Source: Phycisphaerales bacterium (GTDB lineage: Bacteria > Planctomycetota > Phycisphaerae > Phycisphaerales > UBA5793). Taken from it: DNA of 64,000 nucleotides. Of the stretch, positions 54,607-62,618 are shown piece by piece (the first letter of the stretch is position 1; each line of letters opens with the position of its first letter). The notes under the pieces are model-generated. The model saw only the letters and a program-made list of their open reading frames with translations. It ran no database searches and was not told where the DNA came from. Location: positions 106,675-170,674 of the forward strand of contig JBGASM010000007.1 in NCBI GenBank assembly GCA_044229655.1, read 5' to 3'. Both the position numbers and the translations under genes were made by a program.

Positions 54607-54942
54607 TTAGGCGCTCGTCTTTGCCTTCTTGCCCGATGGCTTCTTCTCGGGCGCGGCTGCCGCGACTGGAGCGCCTGACTCCGCGCCGGCCTTGTCGGCA
54701 CAGGTGCAATCGGTGCATGACTCCGGCTTGTTGCGGATCTTGAATCGCAGCAGACCTTGCACGATCATCGTCTCGCGCTCGCTGGCCACGCCCGTCCGCC
54801 GCAATCGCCGGCTCTGCGAGCCCTTGTGCATGCTTTTGCGATGCCGGGTCCCGGGCTTGCGGTGCTTCACTTTGCCGTTCGGACTCACCCGCACGCGCTT
54901 GAGCAGGCCTTTGTGCGGCTTGAATTTCACTTTGTTGGCCAT
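54607..54942 (-). CDS. rpmI: 50S ribosomal protein L35 with ~44-aa C-terminal extension
   Basis: MANKVKFKPHKGLLKRVRVSPNGKVKHRKPGTRHRKSMHKGSQSRRLRR matches the L35 core and sits upstream of rplT. The ORF continues with KIRNKPESCTDCTCADKAGAESGAPVAAAAPEKKPSGKKAKTSA. Confidence 0.85.
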   Translation of the reverse strand: MANKVKFKPHKGLLKRVRVSPNGKVKHRKPGTRHRKSMHKGSQSRRLRRTGVASERETMIVQGLLRFKIRNKPESCTDCTCADKAGAESGAPVAAAAPEKKPSGKKAKTSA

Positions 54943-55134
54943 CGACTCACCGTCCTGCCTGAATTCTTCGAAGAAATCACCATTTGGGAAAGCCTGAAGC
55001 CTATCCGATCCCCCCTTCGAGTCAACGAGTTTCGCGCTCCGCCCCATCGCCTGCGTACGATCCCGCTTGCTGCGCGGGCCACTGCCAGCCAGTCTGTTTT
55101 GTCACAAGATCTCAAGACCAAAGAAGGCACACGC

Positions 55135-56133
55135 ATGGGCCGCACCGGCACCCACATGTTCATTAATGAACTGGAGCCCTCACAATACCTCGAGGGGGTC
55201 TACACCCTTCAAAACCCGCAAAAAGGCGTGGCCAAGACCGGCAAGCCGTATTTGAAAGCCATTGTTGGCGACCGGTCCGGCAAGATCCCCGTCCGCATGT
55301 GGACGATCACCGAACCGCTCTACAACTCGCTTCAGAACGCCGGGTTTGTTTGGATTGAAGGTCACACCCAGCCGTACCAAGGAGAGGTCCAGTTGGTCCT
55401 CCAAGGTATTCGGGTCGCGGACGAGGACGAAATTGACCTCGAATCGCTGCTGCCGCGGACAAAGTTCGACGTCGACGCCATGTTCGACGAGTTGCGGACG
55501 CTCTTGGGCAGCCTGGCCCATCCGTCCATGGTCGGCTTGGCGAAGGCGTATCTTGAAGATGAGAAACTGATGAAGGCATTCCGGACCGCTCCGGCCGCGG
55601 TCTCCATGCATCACGCCTACATCGGTGGCCTGTTGGAACACACCTTGCAACTATGCAGGTTGGCCGATCGGATTTGCCCGCTCTACCCGCGCATCAGCCG
55701 CGATCTCGTGCTCATGGGCCTCTTTCTTCACGATTTGGCCAAGTGCTTCGAATTGAGGTACGACCTTGGGTTCTCCTATAGCGATGAAGGGCAACTCCTG
55801 GGGCACCTGGCCATGGGCGTGCTCCTGCTTCAGCGCAAATCTGACGAAGCCCGCATCAAGTACGGGGTTGAAATACCCCCCGACGCGTTGATGGTGCTCC
55901 ATCACATCATTTTGTCTCATCACAGCCTTCCCGAATACGGGGCAGCCAAGATTCCCGCCACGCCCGAAGCCATCCTTGTGTCTCGCCTTGACGAGCTTGA
56001 CGCCAAGACTCAGATGGCGCTTGATGCCTGCAGACCCGACTCAGGTGATTTCGGGACCGCCTTTACCGACAAACTCTGGGCTTTGGATACCAAGCTCTAC
56101 CGGCTCGACCCCCTGGCCGCCTCAGGCGAGTGA
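55135..56133 (+). CDS. YhaM-like 3'-5' exoribonuclease (OB-fold + HD domain)
   Basis: N-terminal OB fold (KTGKPYLKAIVGDRSGKIPVRMW) and an HD domain (HHAYIGGLLEHTL, GLFLHDLAK, ILSHH). Start placed at the ATG at 55135. Confidence 0.75.
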   Translation: MGRTGTHMFINELEPSQYLEGVYTLQNPQKGVAKTGKPYLKAIVGDRSGKIPVRMWTITEPLYNSLQNAGFVWIEGHTQPYQGEVQLVLQGIRVADEDEIDLESLLPRTKFDVDAMFDELRTLLGSLAHPSMVGLAKAYLEDEKLMKAFRTAPAAVSMHHAYIGGLLEHTLQLCRLADRICPLYPRISRDLVLMGLFLHDLAKCFELRYDLGFSYSDEGQLLGHLAMGVLLLQRKSDEARIKYGVEIPPDALMVLHHIILSHHSLPEYGAAKIPATPEAILVSRLDELDAKTQMALDACRPDSGDFGTAFTDKLWALDTKLYRLDPLAASGE

Positions 56134-56196
56134 GGCTGCCGTTCCTCGAAGTCGCGCGAAAATTGCCCGTTTTTCTGCCCAGGTGCGGAAAAACAC

Positions 56197-56225
56197 TTGA
56201 CAAAAACTGCAACTGCTGTTACCTT
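56197..56225 (+). promoter_or_regulatory. sigma-70-like promoter candidate
   Basis: TTGACA (56197-56202), 17 nt, then TACCTT (56220-56225), in an AT-richer patch at the start of the long ORF-poor region. Confidence 0.3.
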
Positions 56226-57016
56226 TGTTCCGAATAGTTCACTGGCAGAGGTTGGGTTCATATCTCGATATAGATACTGCACTCAACGCCCTCATTCGCC
56301 GGATTTCTCCGGCCCCTCCCTTCCTCAGCCGACATCCTGAATCGCTCCGCTGCACCTGCTTGGCTCTCATGCCGTGTCGGTAGCGGCTGGAGAAATCGGC
56401 TCTTTCTTCAAAAGTTGTGTTCTTTTCGGTGCGCCCCTCGGTACGCGTCCTGCTTCTGCGGGCTTTCGTGTGCGTTCGGAGCGCAGCCGCATTGAAGTGG
56501 CATTCCCCGACGGACGCGTCGATGGTCGTCGCATCCCTCGGTTCATGCAGGTCCGCCTGGCTTGGGTCAGCGGACGGTACGTCGGGCCCGTGGTGGCGCA
56601 TCGGGCTGTGCCGGGGGATGGCTGTGCTCGGGGGTGGAATTCGCGGGGGTTGGATCGGGCGGTCAGGGGGAGGCCGGGGCCGGACCGTGTAGCCTCTTCG
56701 TGGGGGCCACGGTTCGGTCCCGGCCTTCGGTCGCGGCGCTCGTCTGGTTCGAACCTTGTTGTTCGGACCTGGCTCTGCCGCACGGTCTCTCCGCTTGCGC
56801 GGGAACGCGCTGCCGGAGGGTTGAGTTTTGGCGGGGTGTGTTGCCTCGCGACGCGGGATACGTGAACGTGCAGTGGCTGCATCAGTGAAAAAACCCCGCG
56901 TTTCCGAGAAAACCGCCGTCGATGTGCGTACAAAGACGGCTCAAACCGTGGTCGAACCGGCTTGTGGGATATGTCTCCTGCACGATTCCGGGTTTCACCT
57001 TTGGAGGTTCTGCCCA

Positions 57017-58006
57017 ATGCAACGGTCTACGCAATCGAGACGCGGATTCACGCTCATCGAACTCCTCGTCGTCATCGCCATTATCGCCCTGCTCATCGGC
57101 CTCTTGCTCCCCGCCCTGAGCCGCGCGCGCAAGAACGCCAAGTTCCTCGAGTGCGGGACGCGTCAGCGCGACATCCACAAGGCCATGATTTTCTTCGCGC
57201 AGAGCAACAAGAGTTCGTACCCGATCCCCACCAAGCTCAACTCCGCTCTTGCCAACGACATGCCGGAGCAGGACAATGGGCTCATTCACCAGAATGACTC
57301 CATCGGCAACATCATGTCGATCCTGATCTTCAACAAGGCCTTCACGCCCGAGTTCGCGATCGATCCTTCTGAGAACAACCAGAACGTCGAGGCTGATGCG
57401 GACTATGACTTCATTCAGCAGAGCCTGAGCAACAATTACAAGGAAGCCGGCCAGATCTGGGATACCGCCTTCGCCGGCGCCTTCCCCGAAGATCCCACGA
57501 CTCCAGACAGCAAGGCGAACTGCTCCTATTCAATGGCCATGCTCTACGGCCCCCGCGCCAAGAAGGAATGGACCGATTCGTCGAACAGTGCGACCTACGC
57601 CGTCATGAGCGATCGCGGCCCCAAGAAGGGCAAAGTTGAATCCAAACGCCGCACCTGCTATCTCATCCACGGCAACGACAAGCAGTGGCAGGGCAACCTC
57701 ACCTTCAATGACAATCACGTCTCCCGCTTCTCCGAGCGTTTCGATTATCCCTCGGGCGGCGCGGGTCTGGACGGCCAGGTTGACATGTCCTTCGCACCAG
57801 CTGGCGTGTACTACAAGGCCGCGACCGCGACGACTGTCGCCAACGTCCCCGACAACATCTTCAAACTTGACGACTACCTCGTCACCAGCCCCCGCACCAA
57901 GGGCGATGACATCCACCTTGGCTTCTGGCGAATTGCCAACGTTTCCGGCAAGCAGTCAGATGATCCCGAATCGCGCGCATGCTACGACCCGATCATTCCT
58001 GACTAA
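57017..58006 (+). CDS. prepilin-type N-terminal cleavage/methylation domain protein (DUF1559-like)
   Basis: [34 protein letters not shown] leader, and a C-terminal [13 protein letters not shown] segment analogous to the H-X9-DG tail. GGAGG lies 9 nt upstream of the ATG at 57017. Confidence 0.8.
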   Translation: MQRSTQSRRGFTLIELLVVIAIIALLIGLLLPALSRARKNAKFLECGTRQRDIHKAMIFFAQSNKSSYPIPTKLNSALANDMPEQDNGLIHQNDSIGNIMSILIFNKAFTPEFAIDPSENNQNVEADADYDFIQQSLSNNYKEAGQIWDTAFAGAFPEDPTTPDSKANCSYSMAMLYGPRAKKEWTDSSNSATYAVMSDRGPKKGKVESKRRTCYLIHGNDKQWQGNLTFNDNHVSRFSERFDYPSGGAGLDGQVDMSFAPAGVYYKAATATTVANVPDNIFKLDDYLVTSPRTKGDDIHLGFWRIANVSGKQSDDPESRACYDPIIPD

Positions 58007-58042
58007 CTGGTCGGACAGATCAACTTGAATTGTCAGTCAATG

Positions 58043-58079
58043 CAGAGGGCGTCCACGTCGGACGCCCTCTGTTGCTTAT
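58043..58079. terminator. hairpin terminator between convergent genes
   Basis: 12-bp perfect stem CAGAGGGCGTCC / GGACGCCCTCTG with a 5-nt loop, followed by TTGCTTAT on the plus strand. It lies between the stops at 58006 (+) and 58098 (-). Confidence 0.55.
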
Positions 58080-58097
58080 GAGGTGCCCACGAACTGG

Positions 58098-58988
58098 TCA
58101 CATCTGGTATCCCAGCCGCCGGGCCGTTTCCGCGCAGAGTTCATCAAATACGCGCCGCTGTCCCTCGTTCCAGTCCTTCCAGTGTGACACACTGTACCCC
58201 TTGGCAGCGTTGTCAGACTTCTTCTCCACCGTCCCATCGTAATCCGCACGCATCAAATTCAGCCCGATGGGTTTGGCGATGTGTTCATTCACATAGGTGT
58301 ATCCGTCCCCGCCGTCCCGCCCCAGGACTTTTTCAAAGTGGACGATCGGCGCCCCCGGCAGGTCGCGCAGAAGCGTCCGGTATGAGTCCATCCACCACCA
58401 GCAGTACCGTGCGAACTCATCCATCGACTCCCACTTCTCTGCGTACGGATCCCCCGGCAGCGGACTCACAGGATCGCGCCGGAACGGGTTGTCCTTCTGG
58501 CTCTGTCGGTTCATCGCCGACCTGATCCCATCGCGCGGATCGCGCACCAGGATGAACATCTTCGCGTGCGGAATCACTTCCTTGAGCGCCCCCCCCACGC
58601 ATCGCAGCGGACTCGACACCTCGCCGAAGTTTTTCACTCCGCGCCGCGTGATGGCCCGGTAGATCTTGTACTGCCGGAACTTCCGCACGTAGTCTCGCGC
58701 GTACGCCGGATCGCGCCGGCAACCGGGCCGAGCCGCCAGATCTTCAAACCGTCTTGGTTCATGCAGGGCCGCCGTTTCCGGGCAGCGTGAGAGCATGTTC
58801 GAGAGCATCATCGTTCCGCAGCGCCCCGACCCCAGCAGGAAGAAAATGTTTGTCTCGGCCAGTTTCTTCCGGACGGTTGCCTCGGGAAGCACGAGGTGTT
58901 CCAGCGCCGCCCGCTGCCGCCACAGGTTGCTGTACCACAAATGTCCCGATTTCGGGATGCTTGATCCGATTTTGCGTGCAAGGCCCAT
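58098..58988 (-). CDS. sulfotransferase-family protein
   Basis: PAPS-loop FFLLGSGRCGTMMLSNMLS, with later RDPRD and WKDW segments. Start uncertain (58988, or 59063 per the ORF track). Confidence 0.7.
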   Translation of the reverse strand: MGLARKIGSSIPKSGHLWYSNLWRQRAALEHLVLPEATVRKKLAETNIFFLLGSGRCGTMMLSNMLSRCPETAALHEPRRFEDLAARPGCRRDPAYARDYVRKFRQYKIYRAITRRGVKNFGEVSSPLRCVGGALKEVIPHAKMFILVRDPRDGIRSAMNRQSQKDNPFRRDPVSPLPGDPYAEKWESMDEFARYCWWWMDSYRTLLRDLPGAPIVHFEKVLGRDGGDGYTYVNEHIAKPIGLNLMRADYDGTVEKKSDNAAKGYSVSHWKDWNEGQRRVFDELCAETARRLGYQM

Positions 58989-59071
58989 AAGGCCGCAAGT
59001 GTATGGCCGCAGTGCAGCGCACGAAGCGCAGATCTCGCTATCATCGCCTCCTTCCACGGCCAAGGCGACCC

Positions 59072-60200
59072 ATGCACTACGACGCCCATCAGCCCATCAT
59101 CAACGACCTTGAGGCACGGATCACAACCATCCGTGACTCTCTTTGACGTCGATCGCAAGCAATCCCGCGCCCGCGAACTCGAAGCCCGCATGAACGACGC
59201 CTCGTTCTGGGATAACCCCTCTGCCGCCCAGAAAGTCGTCGGCGAAATCAAGACCATCAAGTCGCAGATCGAACCCGTCGTCAAGGCCGCTTCCGACCTG
59301 GAAGAGGCTGTGCTGGCCTATCAGATGGCCAAGGAATCCAGCGACGTCGATCTCCTGGCCGAGGCGGATGAGAAGCTCTTCGACCTCTCCAGCCGCATGG
59401 AGACGATCGAACTTCGCTCCCTGCTCTCCGGCCCGCACGATCATCGCAATTGCTTCCTGAACATTTCGGCAGGCGACGGCGGCACAGAAGCGCACGACTG
59501 GGCGGAGATGCTCTTCCGCATGTACCTCAACTACTGCGAGAAGATGGGTTTTGAACTGGAGGAAGTTGAGAAGACCCCCGGCGCTGACGTCGGCCTGAAT
59601 TCCGTCACCCTTCATGTGAAGGGTCCGTTCGCCTTCGGGTATCTCAAGTGCGAGCGCGGCACACATCGCCTCGCACGCGTTTCCCCCTTCAACGCCCAGG
59701 GAAAACGCCAGACCTCCTTCGCCTCCGTCGAAGTCACCCCTGAGTTCGAGGAGACCGACATCCAGATCCCGCCCGGCGATCTCGAAATCACTCCCTTCGT
59801 TCGCGCCTCCGGTCCCGGCGGCCAGAACGTGAACAAGGTCGCCTCCGCGATTCGCATCGTCCACAAGCCCACCGGCATCATGGTCGTCTCCTCCGCCTAT
59901 CGCGACCAGCCCCAGAACAAAAAGGCGGCCTTGGCCGTTCTCACCGCGAAACTGGAGCAACTTGCGGAAGAGAAGCGCGAGGCCGATCTCGCCCAGGCCA
60001 AGGGCGGAAAACTGGATCGCGGTTGGGGCACGCAGATCCGCTCGTATGTGATCTACGACAACCGCGTCAAGGACCATCGCACCAACTTCGAGATCATGAA
60101 CCCCCAGTCGGTGCTGGATGGAGATCTTCAGGGCTTCATCGACTCGGAACTCAAGCGCCGCCGGGCCGAGCAGACGCGCACGGAGCATCCCGCAGGCTGA
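59072..60200 (+). CDS. prfB: peptide chain release factor 2, programmed +1 frameshift: join(59072..59143,59145..60200)
   Basis: The 24-codon frame-0 leader MHYDAHQPIINDLEARITTIRDSL ends in CTT TGA C (59141-59147). The +1 frame continues DVDRKQSRARELEARMNDASFWDNP..., with the SPF tripeptide (RVSPFNAQG) and GGQ (SGPGGQNVNKV). Confidence 0.92.
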
Positions 60201-60893
60201 TCAGATTCGCACGAGGCCGGGCGTCGTAATCTCCCGGCGCGATCCGATGAGCACCGCGCGTCTTCGAATGCCGGGTGTGGGCGCACGCGCCGCTGACTGG
60301 CTCGTATAGTCCGGGTGAAATGGGGGTTTGGCCGGTTCATACACGTACTGCATCGCCTCTCGGATTCTCTCGCGGATCCACCCGCGCGTGAACCGACACT
60401 CTTTGCCGGCGAGTGTGCCGTCGGCGGCGGTCAAATCCGCCTTCACAAACCGCACATGCTCCCCCGCGTCTGCATCGACGATTCCCTCGAACAGGAGCAG
60501 GCCGCCACAGACTCGGCCAAGGTCGACGACCGCTTGGGCGGGATTCGCCAGCAGATGCAGCAGGCTCCAGCAGTGGACAATGTCGAACGTCGCGCTGCGT
60601 GAGAGTTCCGGTCGGCTCAGGTCCAGGGTACTGACGGCCGCGCCGGGATGCTTGCCATGCCTCCGCCGAATGCACTCCACAAACGAGTCCCGGGCGTCGG
60701 TTGCCAGCACCCTGCACTTGCGGTCCAGAAAGTACGCCGTGAGGTCGCCTACTCCTGCTCCGACCTCAAGCACTCTGCACTCGCGGATACCAAGCCCCAG
60801 GCTGCTCAGATGCTCGAGCCGCCGAGCCGCCAGCCGCTGCGCTTCAGTTCCGGCGAAACAATCCAAGGTGATGGGATCGATTGGGTGACTCAT
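60201..60893 (-). CDS. class I SAM-dependent methyltransferase
   Basis: Motif I VLEVGAGVGDLTAYFLDRKCRVLATDAR. Paralog of the upstream gene. Confidence 0.8.
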   Translation of the reverse strand: MSHPIDPITLDCFAGTEAQRLAARRLEHLSSLGLGIRECRVLEVGAGVGDLTAYFLDRKCRVLATDARDSFVECIRRRHGKHPGAAVSTLDLSRPELSRSATFDIVHCWSLLHLLANPAQAVVDLGRVCGGLLLFEGIVDADAGEHVRFVKADLTAADGTLAGKECRFTRGWIRERIREAMQYVYEPAKPPFHPDYTSQSAARAPTPGIRRRAVLIGSRREITTPGLVRI

Positions 60894-61633
60894 CGTTCCG
60901 CCTGCGTGTAGGGTCGGACGTGCTCGCCGCGCTCTTGCATCGTGGGAAGGTCACTCGTCAGCGCTGCATTCTGGAGTTTGCTGCGCGACGCAATGAACAT
61001 CGCCCGACTGAGCAGCAGGTCGGTTTGCGGGGGCTTCTGCCACTGATTCGTGTACTCCTCATGCCAGGGTTGACGCACCGGCACGTAGACGTGTTCGAAG
61101 TGCCGCCCCATCTCCCGCATCACCCACGCGCGCGTCGGTCGGCAGCCTTTCCCGGTCAAAGACAGATTCGCCTGCACCGTTCCTTCGTCCACCAACCGCA
61201 TCTCGGCCTGATCGCCGAGCATCACGACCGTCTCCAGCAGCATGAGATCAGCGGTTCGCGCCGCGAGGAAGCCGATTGCTTCCGCAGGATGAACAAGGTG
61301 GTACAACAGTCCGAAGCAAAAAGTGATGTCGAATGGGCCCGGAAATTCCGCACCGGGCTGGTCGAGGTCGAGAGTCTCGATGCGCACGTGTCCATTTCCT
61401 CGGAAGCGCTTTCGGAGGATGGCCAGGTTCTGCTCGCGCGCATCCGAAGTCGTCACGCTGCAGCCTCGATCCGCAAAGTAGGCGGTCAGGTCGCCTATTC
61501 CCGCTCCAACCTCGAGCACGCTTCGTCCTGCCAGTTCCAGTCCCAGCGACTCCACGTGCTCCATCCGCCGTCGGTTGAACCGGATGTATCGAAGGTCTGC
61601 GAAGATCGCCTTGGGGTCGCTGGTGGTCGCCAT
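60890..61633 (-). CDS. class I SAM-dependent methyltransferase (tandem paralog)
   Basis: Motif [29 protein letters not shown]. Collinear similarity to the 60201-60893 product. The two genes overlap by 4 nt. Confidence 0.8.
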   Translation of the reverse strand: MATTSDPKAIFADLRYIRFNRRRMEHVESLGLELAGRSVLEVGAGIGDLTAYFADRGCSVTTSDAREQNLAILRKRFRGNGHVRIETLDLDQPGAEFPGPFDITFCFGLLYHLVHPAEAIGFLAARTADLMLLETVVMLGDQAEMRLVDEGTVQANLSLTGKGCRPTRAWVMREMGRHFEHVYVPVRQPWHEEYTNQWQKPPQTDLLLSRAMFIASRSKLQNAALTSDLPTMQERGEHVRPYTQAER

Positions 61634-61751
61634 CGGGGCGATTCTAACGTCCGCTGCTTCGCTGCCGCGCCCGTTTGACCGAGATACCCTACTGGCTTGT
61701 TGCTTTGCACCCGTCCGGCTGCTTCGCTCTGTTTGTCACGGAGAATTCACG

Positions 61752-62471
61752 ATGAAAACCATCACCCTTCCCACTTGGCTTGTCGTTACCCTGGTCCTCA
61801 TTGCATTGACCCTCAACGCGCTGGCTTTCACAATGAACCAACCCCCGACTGACTACTCCCGCATTCCACCTGAACCCGGCAAGTGCCGTGACGAAGTCGT
61901 CGCCAACAAGGTGAACCTCATGCAGGCGATTGAGATCGCCCAGAAGGAAACCGGTGGAGTTGCAACATCTGCATTTGCAGACCTGACGGTGCTGGGGGCC
62001 TCGTCCGCGGCCTATACCGTGATGACCGTGTCGGCCACGGAAACGACAAAAGTCGTCGTGAATGCTGCCACCGGTGCGGCCACCAAGACCGATGCGGGCT
62101 TCAAGATGCCCGGTGATCCGATCATGGGCGACATGGTCACCACGCCGTCCGGGCTCATGTACTACGACTTGAAAGTCGGCGATGGCGCTCAGCCCTCCGG
62201 CCCGACGACCCGCGTCACCGTCCATTACACCGGGTGGACTGTCGACGGAAAGATGTTTGACTCCTCCGTCACTCGTGGTCAGCCCGCCACCTTTGCACTG
62301 AACCAGGTCATTGCCGGGTGGACTGAGGGGGTCGGCTCCATGAAGGTCGGCGGGAAGCGCAAACTCATCATCCCCTTTGCGCTTGCCTATGGTGAGCGCG
62401 GCCGGCCGCCCCAAATTCCCGGCAAGGCCATGCTCATTTTCGACGTCGAGCTCCTCGAGGCCGCCAATTGA
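61752..62471 (+). CDS. FKBP-type peptidyl-prolyl cis-trans isomerase with N-terminal TM and PepSY-like segment
   Basis: C-terminal FKBP domain [18 protein letters not shown]...[34 protein letters not shown]...LIFDVELLE. Start placed at the ATG at 61752. Confidence 0.85.
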   Translation: MKTITLPTWLVVTLVLIALTLNALAFTMNQPPTDYSRIPPEPGKCRDEVVANKVNLMQAIEIAQKETGGVATSAFADLTVLGASSAAYTVMTVSATETTKVVVNAATGAATKTDAGFKMPGDPIMGDMVTTPSGLMYYDLKVGDGAQPSGPTTRVTVHYTGWTVDGKMFDSSVTRGQPATFALNQVIAGWTEGVGSMKVGGKRKLIIPFALAYGERGRPPQIPGKAMLIFDVELLEAAN

Positions 62472-62555
62472 ACAGTCTCCCCCATTGCGACCTGCGCAAA
62501 CCTTTTTTTGCCTCTCGGCCGCTCGTTGCGCATCTCTTTACTGATGACCCCTCCA

Positions 62556-62585
62556 AGGCGTGAACCTCTTCACGCCTTTCTTTTT
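62556..62585 (+). terminator. rho-independent terminator
   Basis: 9-bp perfect stem AGGCGTGAA / TTCACGCCT with loop CCTC, followed by TTCTTTTT. Confidence 0.65.
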
Positions 62586-62618
62586 CACGCGTTAGATCAC
62601 CTATTTGTGAGGTTTCTC

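Noticed and set aside
56134-57016. Checked whether the long ORF-poor region is tmRNA, RNase P RNA, SRP RNA or contains a tRNA
   Set aside because: None of the expected signatures is present. There is no GGAAAGUCCGGGC-type RNase P CR-I block. There is no tRNA-like acceptor/T-arm ending in CCACCA; the GGTTCGAACC at ~56744 has no complementary T-stem on either strand. There is no SRP helix-8 motif. The region's identity stays unassigned.
56828-57016. N-terminal 63-codon extension of the pseudopilin-like ORF given by the ORF track
   Set aside because: Prepilin leaders are short. The ATG at 57017 is preceded by GGAGG at proper spacing and gives [18 protein letters not shown]. The extension is Arg/Val/Ala-rich with no features.
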